This document shows positions 29,243 through 41,900 of a stretch of 64,000 nt of DNA, piece after piece; the stretch's first letter is position 1; each line of letters begins with the position of its first letter. Below the pieces are notes generated by a model. It was given only the letters and a program-made list of their open reading frames with translations, did no database searches and was not told the DNA's origin. The position numbers and the translations under genes are program-made. Origin of the DNA: Eledone cirrhosa (taxonomy: Eukaryota); assembly GCA_964016885.1 (NCBI GenBank), contig OZ024740.1, positions 319,114,001-319,178,000 of the forward strand, read 5' to 3'.

Positions 29243-30301
29243 AATGTCAGATAGAATGTAAGTTGTGGAAATAGACGAGACAATATGGATTATTTGTTGT
29301 GAGTATTGTAGTAGAAAGACAGCGAATTGGTAGAGTCATTAGAATGTCAGATAGAATGTAAGTTGTGGAAATGGACGAGACAATCCTGGATTATTTGACG
29401 TTAGTATTGTTGTAGAAAGACTTCGAATTGATAGAGTCGTTTGAATGTCACATAGAATGTAAGTTGTAGAAATAGACGAGACAATCCTGGATTGTTTGTT
29501 GTGAGTATTGTAGTAGAAAGATTTCGAATTGGTAGAGTCGTTAGAATGTCAGATAGAATGTAAGTTGTGGAGATAGACGAGAAAGTCGTGGATTATTTGT
29601 TGTGAGCATTGTAGTAGAAAGACAGCGACTTCGTAGAATTGTTAGAATGTCAGATAGAATGTAAGTTGTGGAAATAGAAGCGACAACCTTGGATTGTTTA
29701 AAGTTAGTATTGTAGTAGAAGACTTCGAATTGGTAGAGTCGTTAGTATGTCAGATAGAATGTAAGGTGTGGAAATAAACGAGGCAATCCTGGATTATTTG
29801 ACGTTAGTATTGTAGTAGAAATACTTCGAATTGGTAGAGTCGTTTGAACGTCAGATAGAATGTAAGTTGTGGAAATAGACGAGACAATCCTGGATTATTT
29901 AAAGTTAGTATTGTAGTAGAAAGACTTCGAATTGGTAGAGTCGTTAGAATGTCAGATAGAATGTAAGTTGTGGAAATAGACGAGACAATCCTGGAATATT
30001 TGTTGTGAGTATTGTAGTAGAAAGACTTCGAATTGGTAGAGTCGTCAGAATGTCAGATAGAAAGTAAGTTGTGGAAATAGACGAGACAATCCTGGATTAT
30101 TTGTTGTTAGTATTGTAGTAGAAAGACTTCGAATTGATAAAGTCGTTTGAATGTCGGATAGAATGTAAGTTGTGGAAATAGACGAGACAATATGGATTAT
30201 TTGTTGTGAGTATTGTAGTAAAAAGACAGCGAATTGGTAGAGTCATTAGAAAGTCAGATAGAATGTAAGTTGTGGAAATAGAGGAGACAATCCTGGATTG
30301 T
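29243..30301 (-). repeat. Inverted block of the same 101-bp satellite (~10.5 monomers)
   Basis: Sequence switches to gtcagatagaatgtaagttgtggaaatagacgagacaat..., the reverse complement of the monomer. Composition flips to G-rich/C-poor and returns to forward at tctaacgactctacc (30301). Confidence 0.98.
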
Positions 30302-32379
30302 CTAACGACTCTACCAATTCGCTGTCTTTCTACTACAATACTAACAACAAATAATCTAGGATTGTCTCGTCTATTTCCACAACTTACATTCTATCTGACA
30401 TTCTAACGACTCTAACAATTCGAAGTCTTTCTACTACAATACTCACAACAAATTATCCAGGATTGTCTCATCTATTTCCACAACTTACATTCTATCTGAT
30501 ATTCTAACGACTCTACCAATTCGACGTGTTTCTACTACAATACTCACAACAAATAATTCAGGATTGTCTCGTCTATCTCCAGACCTTACATTCTATCTGA
30601 CATTCTAAAGACTCTACCAGTTCGCTGTATTTCTACTACAATACTAACTTCAAATAATCCAGGATTGTCTCGTCTATTTCCACAACTTACATTCTATCTG
30701 ACATTCAAACGACTCTACCAATTCGAAGTCTTTCTACTACAATACTAACGTCAAATAATCCAGGATTGTATCGTCTATTTCTACAAATTACATTCTATCT
30801 GACATTCTAACGACTCTACCAATTCGAAGTCTTTCTGCTACAATACTCACAACAAATAATCCAGGATTGCCTCGTTTATTTCCACACCTTACATTCTATC
30901 TGACATACTAACGACTCTACCAATTCGAAGTCTTTCTACTACAATACTAACTTTAAACAATCCAGGATTGTCTCCTCTATTTCCACAACTTACATTCTAT
31001 CTGTCATTGAAACGACTCTACCAATTCGATGTCTTTGTACTACAATACTCACAAAAAATAATCCAGGATTGTATAGTCTATTTCCACAACTTACATTCTA
31101 TCTGACATTCTAACGACTCTACCAATTCGCTGTATTTCTACTACAATACTAACTTCAATTAGTCCAGGATTGTCTCATTTATTTCCACAACTTACATTCT
31201 ATCTGATATTCGAACGACTCTACCAATTCGAAGTCTTTCTACTACAATACTAACAACAAATAATGCAGGATTGTCTCGTCTATTTCCACAACTTACGTTC
31301 TATCTGACATTCTAACGACTCTACCAATTCGAAGTCTTTCTATTACAATACTCACAAAAAATAATCCAGGGTTGTCGCGTCTATTTCCACAACTTACATT
31401 CTATCTGACATTCTAACAACTCTACGAATTCGCTGTCTTTCTACTACAATGCTCACAACAAATAATCCACGACTGTCTCGTCTATTTCCACAACTTACAT
31501 TCTATCTGACATTCTAACGACTCTACCAATTCGAAATGTTTCTACTACCATACTCACAACAAACAATCCAGGATTGTCTCGTCTATTTCTACAACTTACA
31601 TTCTATGTGACATTCAAACGACTCTATCAATTCGAAGTCTTTCTACTACAATACTAACGTCAAATAATCCAGGATTGTCTCGTCCATTTCCACTATTTAC
31701 ATTCTATCTGACATTCTAACGACTCTACCAATTCGAAATCTTTCTACTACAATACTCACAACAAATAATCAAGGATTGTATCGTCTATTTCCACAGCTTA
31801 CATTCTATCTGACATTCTAACGACTCTACCAATTCGAGGTCTATCTACTACAGTACTCACAACAAAAAATCCAGGATTGTCACGTCTATTTCCACACCTT
31901 ACATTCTATCTGACATTCTAACGACTCTACCCATTCGCTGTATTTCTACTACAATACTAACTTCAAATAATCCAGGATTGTCTCGTCTACTTCCACAACT
32001 TACATTGTATCTGATATTCTAACGACTCTACCAATTCGAAGTCTTTCTACTACAATACTCACAACAAATAATCCAGGATTGTCTCGTCTATTTCCACAAC
32101 TTACCTTCTATCTGATATTCTAATGACTCTACCAATTCGCTGTCTTTCTACTACAATACTCACAACAAATAATCCATATTGTCTCGTCTATTTCCACAAC
32201 TTACATTCTATCTGACATTCAAACGACTCTATCAATTCGAAGTATTTCTACTACAATACTAACGTCAAATAATCCAGGATTGTCTCGTCTATTTACACAA
32301 CTTACTTTCTATCTGACATTCTAACGACTCTACCAATTCGCTGTATTTCTACTACAATACTCTCAACAAATAAACCAGG

Positions 32380-35300
32380 ATTGTCTCGTCTATTTCCACA
32401 ACTTACATTCTATCTGACATACTAACGACTCTACCAATTCGAAGTCTTTCTACTACAATACTAACTTTAAACAATCCAGGATTGTCTCCTCTATTTCCAC
32501 AACTTACATTCTATCTGACATTCTAATGACTCTACCAATTCGCTGTCTTTATACTACAATACTCACAACAAATAATCCATATTGTCTCGTCTATTTCCAC
32601 AACTTACATTCTATCTGACATTCAAACGACTCTATCAATTCGAAGTCTTTCTACTACAATACTAACGTCAAATAATCCAGGATTGTCTCGTCTATTTCCA
32701 CAACTTACTTTCTATCTGACATTCTAACGATTCTACCAATTCGATGTCTTTCTACTACAATACTAATTTTAATTATCCAGGATTGTCTTCTCTATTTCCA
32801 CAACTTACATATTATTTGAAATTCTAACGACTCTACCAATTCGATGTCTTTCTACTACAATACTCACAACAAATAATCCAGGATTGTATAGTCTATTTCT
32901 ACAACTTACATTCTATCTGACATTCTAACGACTCTACCAATACGAAGTCTTTCTGCTACAATACTCGCAACAAATAATCCAGGATTGTCTCGTCTATTTC
33001 CACACCTTACATTCTATCTGACATTCTAACGACTCTACCAATTCGAAGTTTTTCTACTACAATACTCACAAAAAATAATCAAGGATTGTATCGTCTATTT
33101 CCACAACTTACATTGTATCTGACATTCTAACGACTCTACCCATTCGCTGTATTTCTACTACAATACTAACTTCAAATAATCCAGGATTGTCTCCTCTATT
33201 TCCACAACTTACATTCTATCTCACATTCTAACGAGTCTACCAATTCGCTGTATTTCTACTACAATACTCACAACAAATAAACCAGGATTGTCTCGTCTAT
33301 TTCCACAACTTACATTCTATCTGACATACTAACGACTCTACCAATTCGAAGTCTTTCTACTACAATACTAACCTTAAACAATCCAGGAATGTCTCCCCTA
33401 TTTCCACAACTTACATTCTATCTGACATTCTAACGACTCTACCAATTCGCTGTCTTTCTACTACAATACTAACAACAAATAATCTAGGATTGTCTCGTCT
33501 ATTTCCACAACTTACATTCTATCTGATATTCGAACGACTCTACCAATTCGAAGTCTTTCTACTACAATACTAACAACAAATAATCTAGGATTGTCTCGTC
33601 TATTTCCACAACTTACACTCTATCTGACATTCTAACGACTCTAACAATTCGAAGTCTTTCTACTACAATACTAACTTCAAATAATCCAGGATTGTCTCGT
33701 CTATTTTCCACAACTTACATTCTATCTGATATTCTAACGACTCTACCAATTCGATGTCTTTCTACTACAATACTCACAACAAATAATCCAGGATTGTCTC
33801 TTCTATTTCCACAACTTACATTCTATCTCACATACTAACGTGTCTACCAATTCGCTGTATTTCTACTACAATACTCTCAACAAATAAACCAGGATTGTCT
33901 CGCCTATTTCCACAACTTACATTCTATCTGACATACTAACGACTCTACCAATTCGAAGTCTTTCTACTACAATACTAACTTTAAACAATCCAGGATTGTG
34001 TCCTCTATTTCCACAACTTACATTCTATCTGACATTCTAATGACTCTACCAATTCGCTGTCTTTATACTACAATACTCACAACAAATAATCCATATTGTC
34101 TCGTCTATTTCCACAACTTACATTCTATCTGACATACAAACGACTCTATCAATTCGAAGTCTTTCTACTACAATACTAACTTTAAACAATCCAGGATTGT
34201 CTCCCCTATTTCCACAACTTACATTCTATCTGACATTCTAACGACTCTACCAATTCGCTGTATTTCTACTACAATACTAACTTCAAATAATCCAGGATTG
34301 TATCGGCTATTTCCACAACTTACATTCTATCTGACATTCTAACGACTCTACCAATTCGCTGTCTTTCTACTACAATACTAACAACAAATAAACCAGGATT
34401 GTCTCGTCTATTTCCACAACTTACATTCTATCTGACATACTAACGACTCTACCAATTCGAAGTCTTTCTACTACAATACTAACTTTAAACAATCCAGGAT
34501 TGTCTCCTCTATTTCCACAACTTACATTCTATCTGACATTCTAATGACTCTACCAATTCGCTGTCTTTATACTACAATACTCACAACAAATAATCCATAT
34601 TGTCTCGTCTATTTCCACAACTTACATTCTATCTGACATTCAAACGACTCTATCAATTCGAAGTCTTTCTACTACAATACTAACGTCAAATAATCCAGGA
34701 TTGTCTCGTCTATTTCCACAACTTTCTTTCTATCTGACATTCTAACGATTCTACCAATTCGATGTCTTTCTACTACAATACTAATTTTAATTATCCAGGA
34801 TTGTCTCCTCTATTTCCACAACTTACATATTATTTGAAATTCTAACGACTCTACCAATTCGATGTCTTTCTACTACAATACTCACAACAAATAATCCAGG
34901 ATTGTATAGTCTATTTCTACAACTTACATTCTATCTGACATTCTAACGACTCTACCAATTCGAAGTCTTTCTGCTACAATACTCACAACAAATAATCCAG
35001 CATTGTCTCGTCTATTTCCACACCTTACATTCTATCTGACATTCTAACGACTCTACCAATTCGAAGTTTTTCTACTACAATACTCACAAAAAATAATCAA
35101 GGATTGTATCGTCTATTTCAACAACTTACATTGTATCTGACATTCTAACGACTCTACTCATTCGCTGTATTTCTACTACAATACTAACTTCAAATAATCC
35201 AGGATTGTCTCCTCTATTTCCACAACTTACATTCTATCTCACATTCTAACGAGTCTACCAATTCGCTGTATTTCTACTACAATACTCACAACAAATAAAC

Positions 35301-37500
35301 CAGGATTGTCTCGTCTATTTCCACAACTTACATTCTATCTGACATACTAACGACTCTACCAATTCGAAGTCTTTCTACTACAATACTAACTTTAAACAAT
35401 CCAGGAATGTCTCCCCTATTTCCACAACTTACATTCTATCTGACATTCTAACGACTCTACCAATTCGCTGTCTTTCTACTACAATACTAACAACAAATAA
35501 TCTAGGATTGTCTCGTCTATTTCCACAACTTACATTCTATCTGATATTCGAACGACTCTACCAATTCGAAGTCTTTCTACTACAATACTAACAATAAATA
35601 ATCTAGGATTGTCTCGTCTATTTCCACAACTTACACTCTATCTGACATTCTAACGACTCTAACAATTCGAAGTCTTTCTACTACAATACTAACTTCAAAT
35701 AATCCAGGATTGTCTCGTCTATTTTCCACAACTTACATTCTATCTGATATTCTAACGACTCTAACAATTCGATGTCTTTCTACTACAATACTCACAACAA
35801 ATAATCCAGGATTGTCTCGTCTATTTCCACAACTTACATTCTATCTCACATTCTAACGTGTCTACCAATTCGCTGTATTTCTACTACAATACTCTCAACA
35901 AATAAACCAGGATTGTCTCGCCTATTTCCACAACTTACATTCTATCTGACATACTAACGACTCTACCAATTCGAAGTCTTTCTACTACAATACTAACTTT
36001 AAACAATCCAGGATTGTGTCCTCTATTTCCACAACTTACATTCTATCTGACATTCTAATGACTCTACCAATTCGCTGTCTTTATACTACAATACTCACAA
36101 CAAATAAACCAGGATTGTCTCGTCTATTCCCACAACTTACATTCTATCTGACATTCTAACGACTCTACCAATTCGCTGTCTTTCTACTACAATACTAACA
36201 ACAAATAATCTAGGATTGTCTCGTCTATTTCCACAATTTACATTTTATCTGACATTCTAACGACTCTACCAATTCGAAGTTTTTCTACTACAATACTCAC
36301 AAAAAATAATCAAGGATTGTATCGTCTATTTCCACAACTTACATTCTATCTGACATTCTAACGACTCTACACATTCGCTGTATTTCTACTACAATACTAA
36401 CTTCAAATAATCCAGGATTGTCTCCTCTATTTCCACAACTTACATTCTATCTCACATTCTAACGAGTCTACCAATTCGCTGTATTTCTACTACAATACTC
36501 ACAACAAATAAACCAGGATTGTCTCGTCTATTTCCACAACTTACATTCTATCTGACATACTAACGACTCTACCAATTCGAAGTCTTTCTACTACAATACT
36601 AACTTTAAACAATCCAGGAATGTCTCCCCTGTTTCCACAACTTACATTCTATCTGACATTCTAACGACTCTACCAATTCGCTGTATTTCTACTACAATAC
36701 TAACTTCAAATAATCCAGGATTGTATCGGCTATTTCCACAACTTACATTCTATCTGACATTCTAACGACTCTACCAATTCGCTGTCTTTCTACTACAATA
36801 CTAACAACAAATAATCTAGGATTGTCTCGTCTATTTCCACAACTTACATTCTATCTGATATTCGAACGACTCTACCAATTCGATGTCTTTCTACTACAAT
36901 ACTAACAACAAATAATCTAGGATTGTCTCGTCTATTTCCACAACTTACACTCTATCTGACATTCTAACGACTCTAACAATTCGAAGGCTTTCTACTACAA
37001 TACTAACTTCAAATAATCCAGGATTGTCTCGTCTATTTTCCACAACTTACATTCTATCTGATATTCTAACGACTCTACCAATTCGATGTCTTTCTACTAC
37101 AATACTCACAACAAATAATCCAGGATTGTCTCGTCTATTTCCACAACTTACATTCTATCTCACATTCTAACGTGTCTACCAATTCGCTGTATTTCTACTA
37201 CAATACTCTCAACAAATAAACCAGGATTGTCTCGCCTATTTCCACAACTTACATTCTATCTGACATACTAACGACTCTACCAATTCGAAGTCTTTCTACT
37301 ACAATACTAACTTTAAACAATCCAGGATTGTGTCCTCTATTTCCACAACTTACATTCTATCTGACATTCTAATGACTCTACCAATTCGCTGTCTTTATAC
37401 TACAATACTCACAACAAATAATCCATATTGTCTCGTCTATTTCCACAACTTACATTCTATCTGACATTCAAACGACTCTATCAATTCGAAGTCTTTCTAC
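32380..37500 (+). repeat. Higher-order duplications, 20-mer (2018 bp) then 13-mer (1314 bp)
   Basis: 1-bp insertion variant ctattttcc at 33701/35719/37033, co-occurring with cttacactc and ggaatgtctcccc variants. Confidence 0.75.
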
Positions 37501-38999
37501 TACAATACTAACTTTAAACAATCCAGGATTGTCTCCCCTATTTCCACAATTTACATTGTATCTGACATTCTAACGACTCTACCAATTCGCTGTATTTCTA
37601 CTACAATACTAACTTCAAATAATCCAGGATTGTATCGGCTATTTCCACAACTTACATTCTATCTGACATTCTAACGACTCTACCAATTCGCTGTCTTTCT
37701 ACTACAATACTAACAACAAATAATCTAGCATTGTCTCGTCTATTTCCACAACTTACATTCTATCTGATATTCGAACGACTCTACCAATTCGAAGTCTTTC
37801 TACTACAATACTAACAACAAATAATCTAGGATTGTCTCGTCTATTTCCACAACTTACATTCTATCGGACATTCTAACGACTCTAACAATTCGAAGTCTTT
37901 CTACTACAATACTCACAACAAACAATCCAGGATTGTCTCATCTATTTCCACAACTTACATTCTATCTGACATTCAAACGACTCTACCAATTCGATGTGTT
38001 TCTACTACAATACTCACAACAAATAATCCAGGATTGCATCGTCTATTTCTACAACTTACATTCTATCTGACATTCTAACGACTCTACCAATTCGAAGTCT
38101 TTCTGCTACAATACTCACAACAATAATCCAGGTTGCCTCGTTTATTTCCACACCTTTCATTCTATCTGACATTCTAACGACTCTACCAATTCGCTGTAAT
38201 TCTACTACAATACTAACTTCAAATAATCCAGGATTGTCTCGTCTATTTCCACAACTTACATTCTATCTGACATTCTAACGACTCTACCAATTCGCTGTAA
38301 TTCTACTACAATACTAACTTCAAATAATCCAGGATTGTCTCGTCTATTTCCACAACTTACATTCTATCTGATATTCTAACGACTCTACCAATTCGAAGTC
38401 TTTCTACTACAATACTCACAACAAATAATCCATGGATTGTCTCGTCTATTTCCACAACTTACATTCTATCTCACATTCTAACGTGTCTACCAATTCGCTG
38501 TATTTCTACTACAATACTCTCAACAAATAAACCAGAATTGTCTCGTCTATTTCCACAACTTACATTCTATCTGACATACTAACGACTCTACCAATTCGAA
38601 GTCTTTCTACTACAATACTAACTTTAAACAATCCAGGATTGTCTCCTCTATTTCCACAACTTACATTCTATCTGACATTCTAATGACTCTACCAATTCGC
38701 TGTCTTTATACTACAATACTCACAACAAATAATCCATATTGTCTCGTCTATTTCCACAACTTACATTCTATCTGACATTCAAACGACTCTATCAATTCGA
38801 AGTCTTTCTACTACAATACTAACTTCAAATAGTCCAGGATTGTCTCGTCTATTTCCACAACTTACTTTCTATCTGACATTCTAACGACTCTACCAATTCG
38901 AAGTCTTTCTACTACAATACTCACAACAAATATTCCAGGATTGTCTCGTCTATTTCCACAACTTACATTCTATCTGACATTCTAACGACTCTACCAATT

Positions 39000-41900
39000 C
39001 GAAGTCTTTCTACTACAATACTAATTTTAATTATCCAGGATTGTCTCCTCTATTTCCACAACTTACATATTATCTGAAATTCTAACGACTCTGCCAATTC
39101 GATGTCTTTCTACTACAATACTCACAACAAATAATCCAGGATTGTATAGTCTATTTCTACAACTTACATTCTATCTGACATTCTAACGACTCTACCAATT
39201 CGAAGTCTTTCTGCTACAATACTCACAACAAATAATCCAGGATTGTCTCGTCTATTTCCACACCTTACATTCTATCTGACATTCTAACGACTCTACCAAT
39301 TCGAAGTCTTTCTACTTCAATACTAACAACAAATAATCTAGGATTGTCTCGTCTATTTCCACATTTTACATTTTATCTGACATTCTAACGACTCTACCAA
39401 TTCGAAGTCTTTCTACTACAATACTCACAACAAATAATCCAGGATTGTCTCGTCTATTTCCACAACTTACATTCTATCTGACATTCTAACGACTCTACCA
39501 CATTCGAAGTTTTTCTACTACAATACTCACAACAAATAATCAAGGATTGTATCGTCTATTTGCACATCTTACATTCTATCTGACATTCTAACGACTCTAC
39601 CAATTCGAAATCTTTCTACTACAATACTAACTTTAAACAATCCAGGATTGTCTCCCCTATTTCCACAACTTACATTCTATCTGACATTCTAACGACTCTA
39701 CCAATTCTCTGTATTTCTACTACAATACTAACTTCAAATAATCCAGGATTGTATCGGCTATTTCCACAACTTACATTCTATCTGACATTCTAACGACTCT
39801 ACCAATTCGCTGTCTTTCTACTACAATACTAACAACAAATAATCTAGGATTGTCTCGTCTATTTCCACAACTTACATTCTATCTGATATTCGAAGGACTC
39901 TATCAATTCGAAGTCTATCTACTACAGTACTCACAACAAATAATCCAGGATTGTCACGTCTATTTCCACACCTTACATTCTATCTGACATTCTAAAGACT
40001 CTACCCATTCGCTGTATTTCTACTACAATACTAACTTCAAATAATCAAGGATTGTCTCGTCTACTTCCACAACTTACATTGTATCTGATATTCTAACGAC
40101 TCTACCAGTTCGAAGTCTTTCTACTACAATACTCACAACAAATAATCCAGGATTGTCTCGTCTATTTCCACAACTTACCTTCTATCTGACATTCTAATGA
40201 CTCTACCAATTCGCTGTCTTTCTACTACAATACTCACAACAAATAATCCATATTGTCTCGTCTATTTCCACAACTTACATTCTATCTGACATTCAAACGA
40301 CTCTATCAATTCGAAGTCTTTCTACTACAATACTAACGTCAAATAATCCAGGATTGTCTCGTCTATTTCCACAACTTACTTTCTATCTGACATTCTAACG
40401 ACTCTACCAATTCGCTGTATTTCTACTACAATACTCACAACAAATAATCCAGCATTGTCTCGTCTATTTCCACAACTCACATTCTATCTGACATTCTAAC
40501 GACTCTACCAATTCGAAGTCTTTCTACTACAATACTAACAACAAATAATCTAGGATTGTCTCGTCTATTTCCACAATTTACATTTTATCTGACATTCTAA
40601 CGACTCTACCAATTCGAAGTCTTTCTACTACAATACTCACAACAAATAATCCAGGATTGTCTCGTCTATTTCCACAACTTACATTCTATCTGACATTCTA
40701 ACGACTCTACCAATTCGAAGTTTTTCTACTACAATACTCACAAAAAATAATCAAGTATTGTATCGACTATTTCCACAACTTACATTCTATCTGACATTCT
40801 AACGACTCTACCAATTCGAAGTCTTTCTGCTACAATACTCACAACAAATAATCCAGGTTGCCTCGTTTATTTCCACACCTTACATTCTATCTGACATTCT
40901 AACGACTCTACCAATTCGCTGTAATTCTACTACAATACTAACGTCAAATAATCCAGGATTGTCTCGTCTATTTCCACAACTTACTTTCTATCTGACATTC
41001 TAACGACTCTACCAATTCGCTGTATTTCTACTACAATACTCTCAACAAATAAACCAGGATTGTCTCGTCTATTTCCACAACTTACATTCTATCTGACATA
41101 CTAACGACTCTACCAATTCGAAGTCTTTCTACTACAATACTAAATTTAAACAATCCAGGATTGTCTCCTCTATTTCCACAACTTACATTCTATCTGACAT
41201 TCTAATGACTCTACCAATTCGCTGTCTTTATACTACAATACTCACAACAAATAATCCATATTGTCTCGTCTATTTCCACAACTTACATTCTATCTGACAT
41301 TCAAACGACTCTATCAATTCGAAGTCTTTCTACTACAATACTAACGTCAAATAATCCAGGATTGTCTCGTCTATTTCCACAACTTACTTTCTATCTGACA
41401 TTCTAACGACTCTACCAATTCGATGTCTTTCTACTACAATACTAATTTTAATTATCCAGGATTGTCTCCTCTATTTCCACAACTTACATATTATTTGAAA
41501 TTCTAACGACTCTACCAATTCGATGTCTTTCTACTACAATACTCACAACAAATAATCCAGGATTGTATAGTCTATTTCTACAACTTACATTCTATCTGAC
41601 ATTCTAACGACTCTACCAATTCGAAGTCTTTCTGCTACAATACTCACAACAAATAATCCAGGATTGTCTCGTCTATTTCCACACCTTACATTCTATCTGA
41701 CATTCTAACGACTCTACCAATTCGCTGTATTTCTACTACAATACTCACAACAAATAATCCAGCATTGTCTCGTCTATTTCCACAACTCACATTCTATCTG
41801 ACATTCTAACGACTCTACCAATTCGAAGTCTTTCTACTACAATACTAACATCCAATAATCTAGTATTGTCTCGTCTATTTCCACAATTTACATTTTATCT

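Larger units (their letters stand above)
1..29245 (+). repeat. 101-bp satellite tandem array, forward orientation, left part (~290 monomers; open at window edge)
   Basis: Motif ctatttc(c/t)acaacttacattctatctgac starts at 1, 102 and 203 and recurs at ~101-bp spacing. Monomers differ by a few substitutions and rare small indels; no unique sequence seen. Confidence 0.98.

Noticed and set aside
29243-30301. Transposon insertion or site-specific invertible switch
   Set aside because: The content is satellite only, with no terminal inverted repeats, target-site duplication, matching recombination sites at both ends, or recombinase gene.
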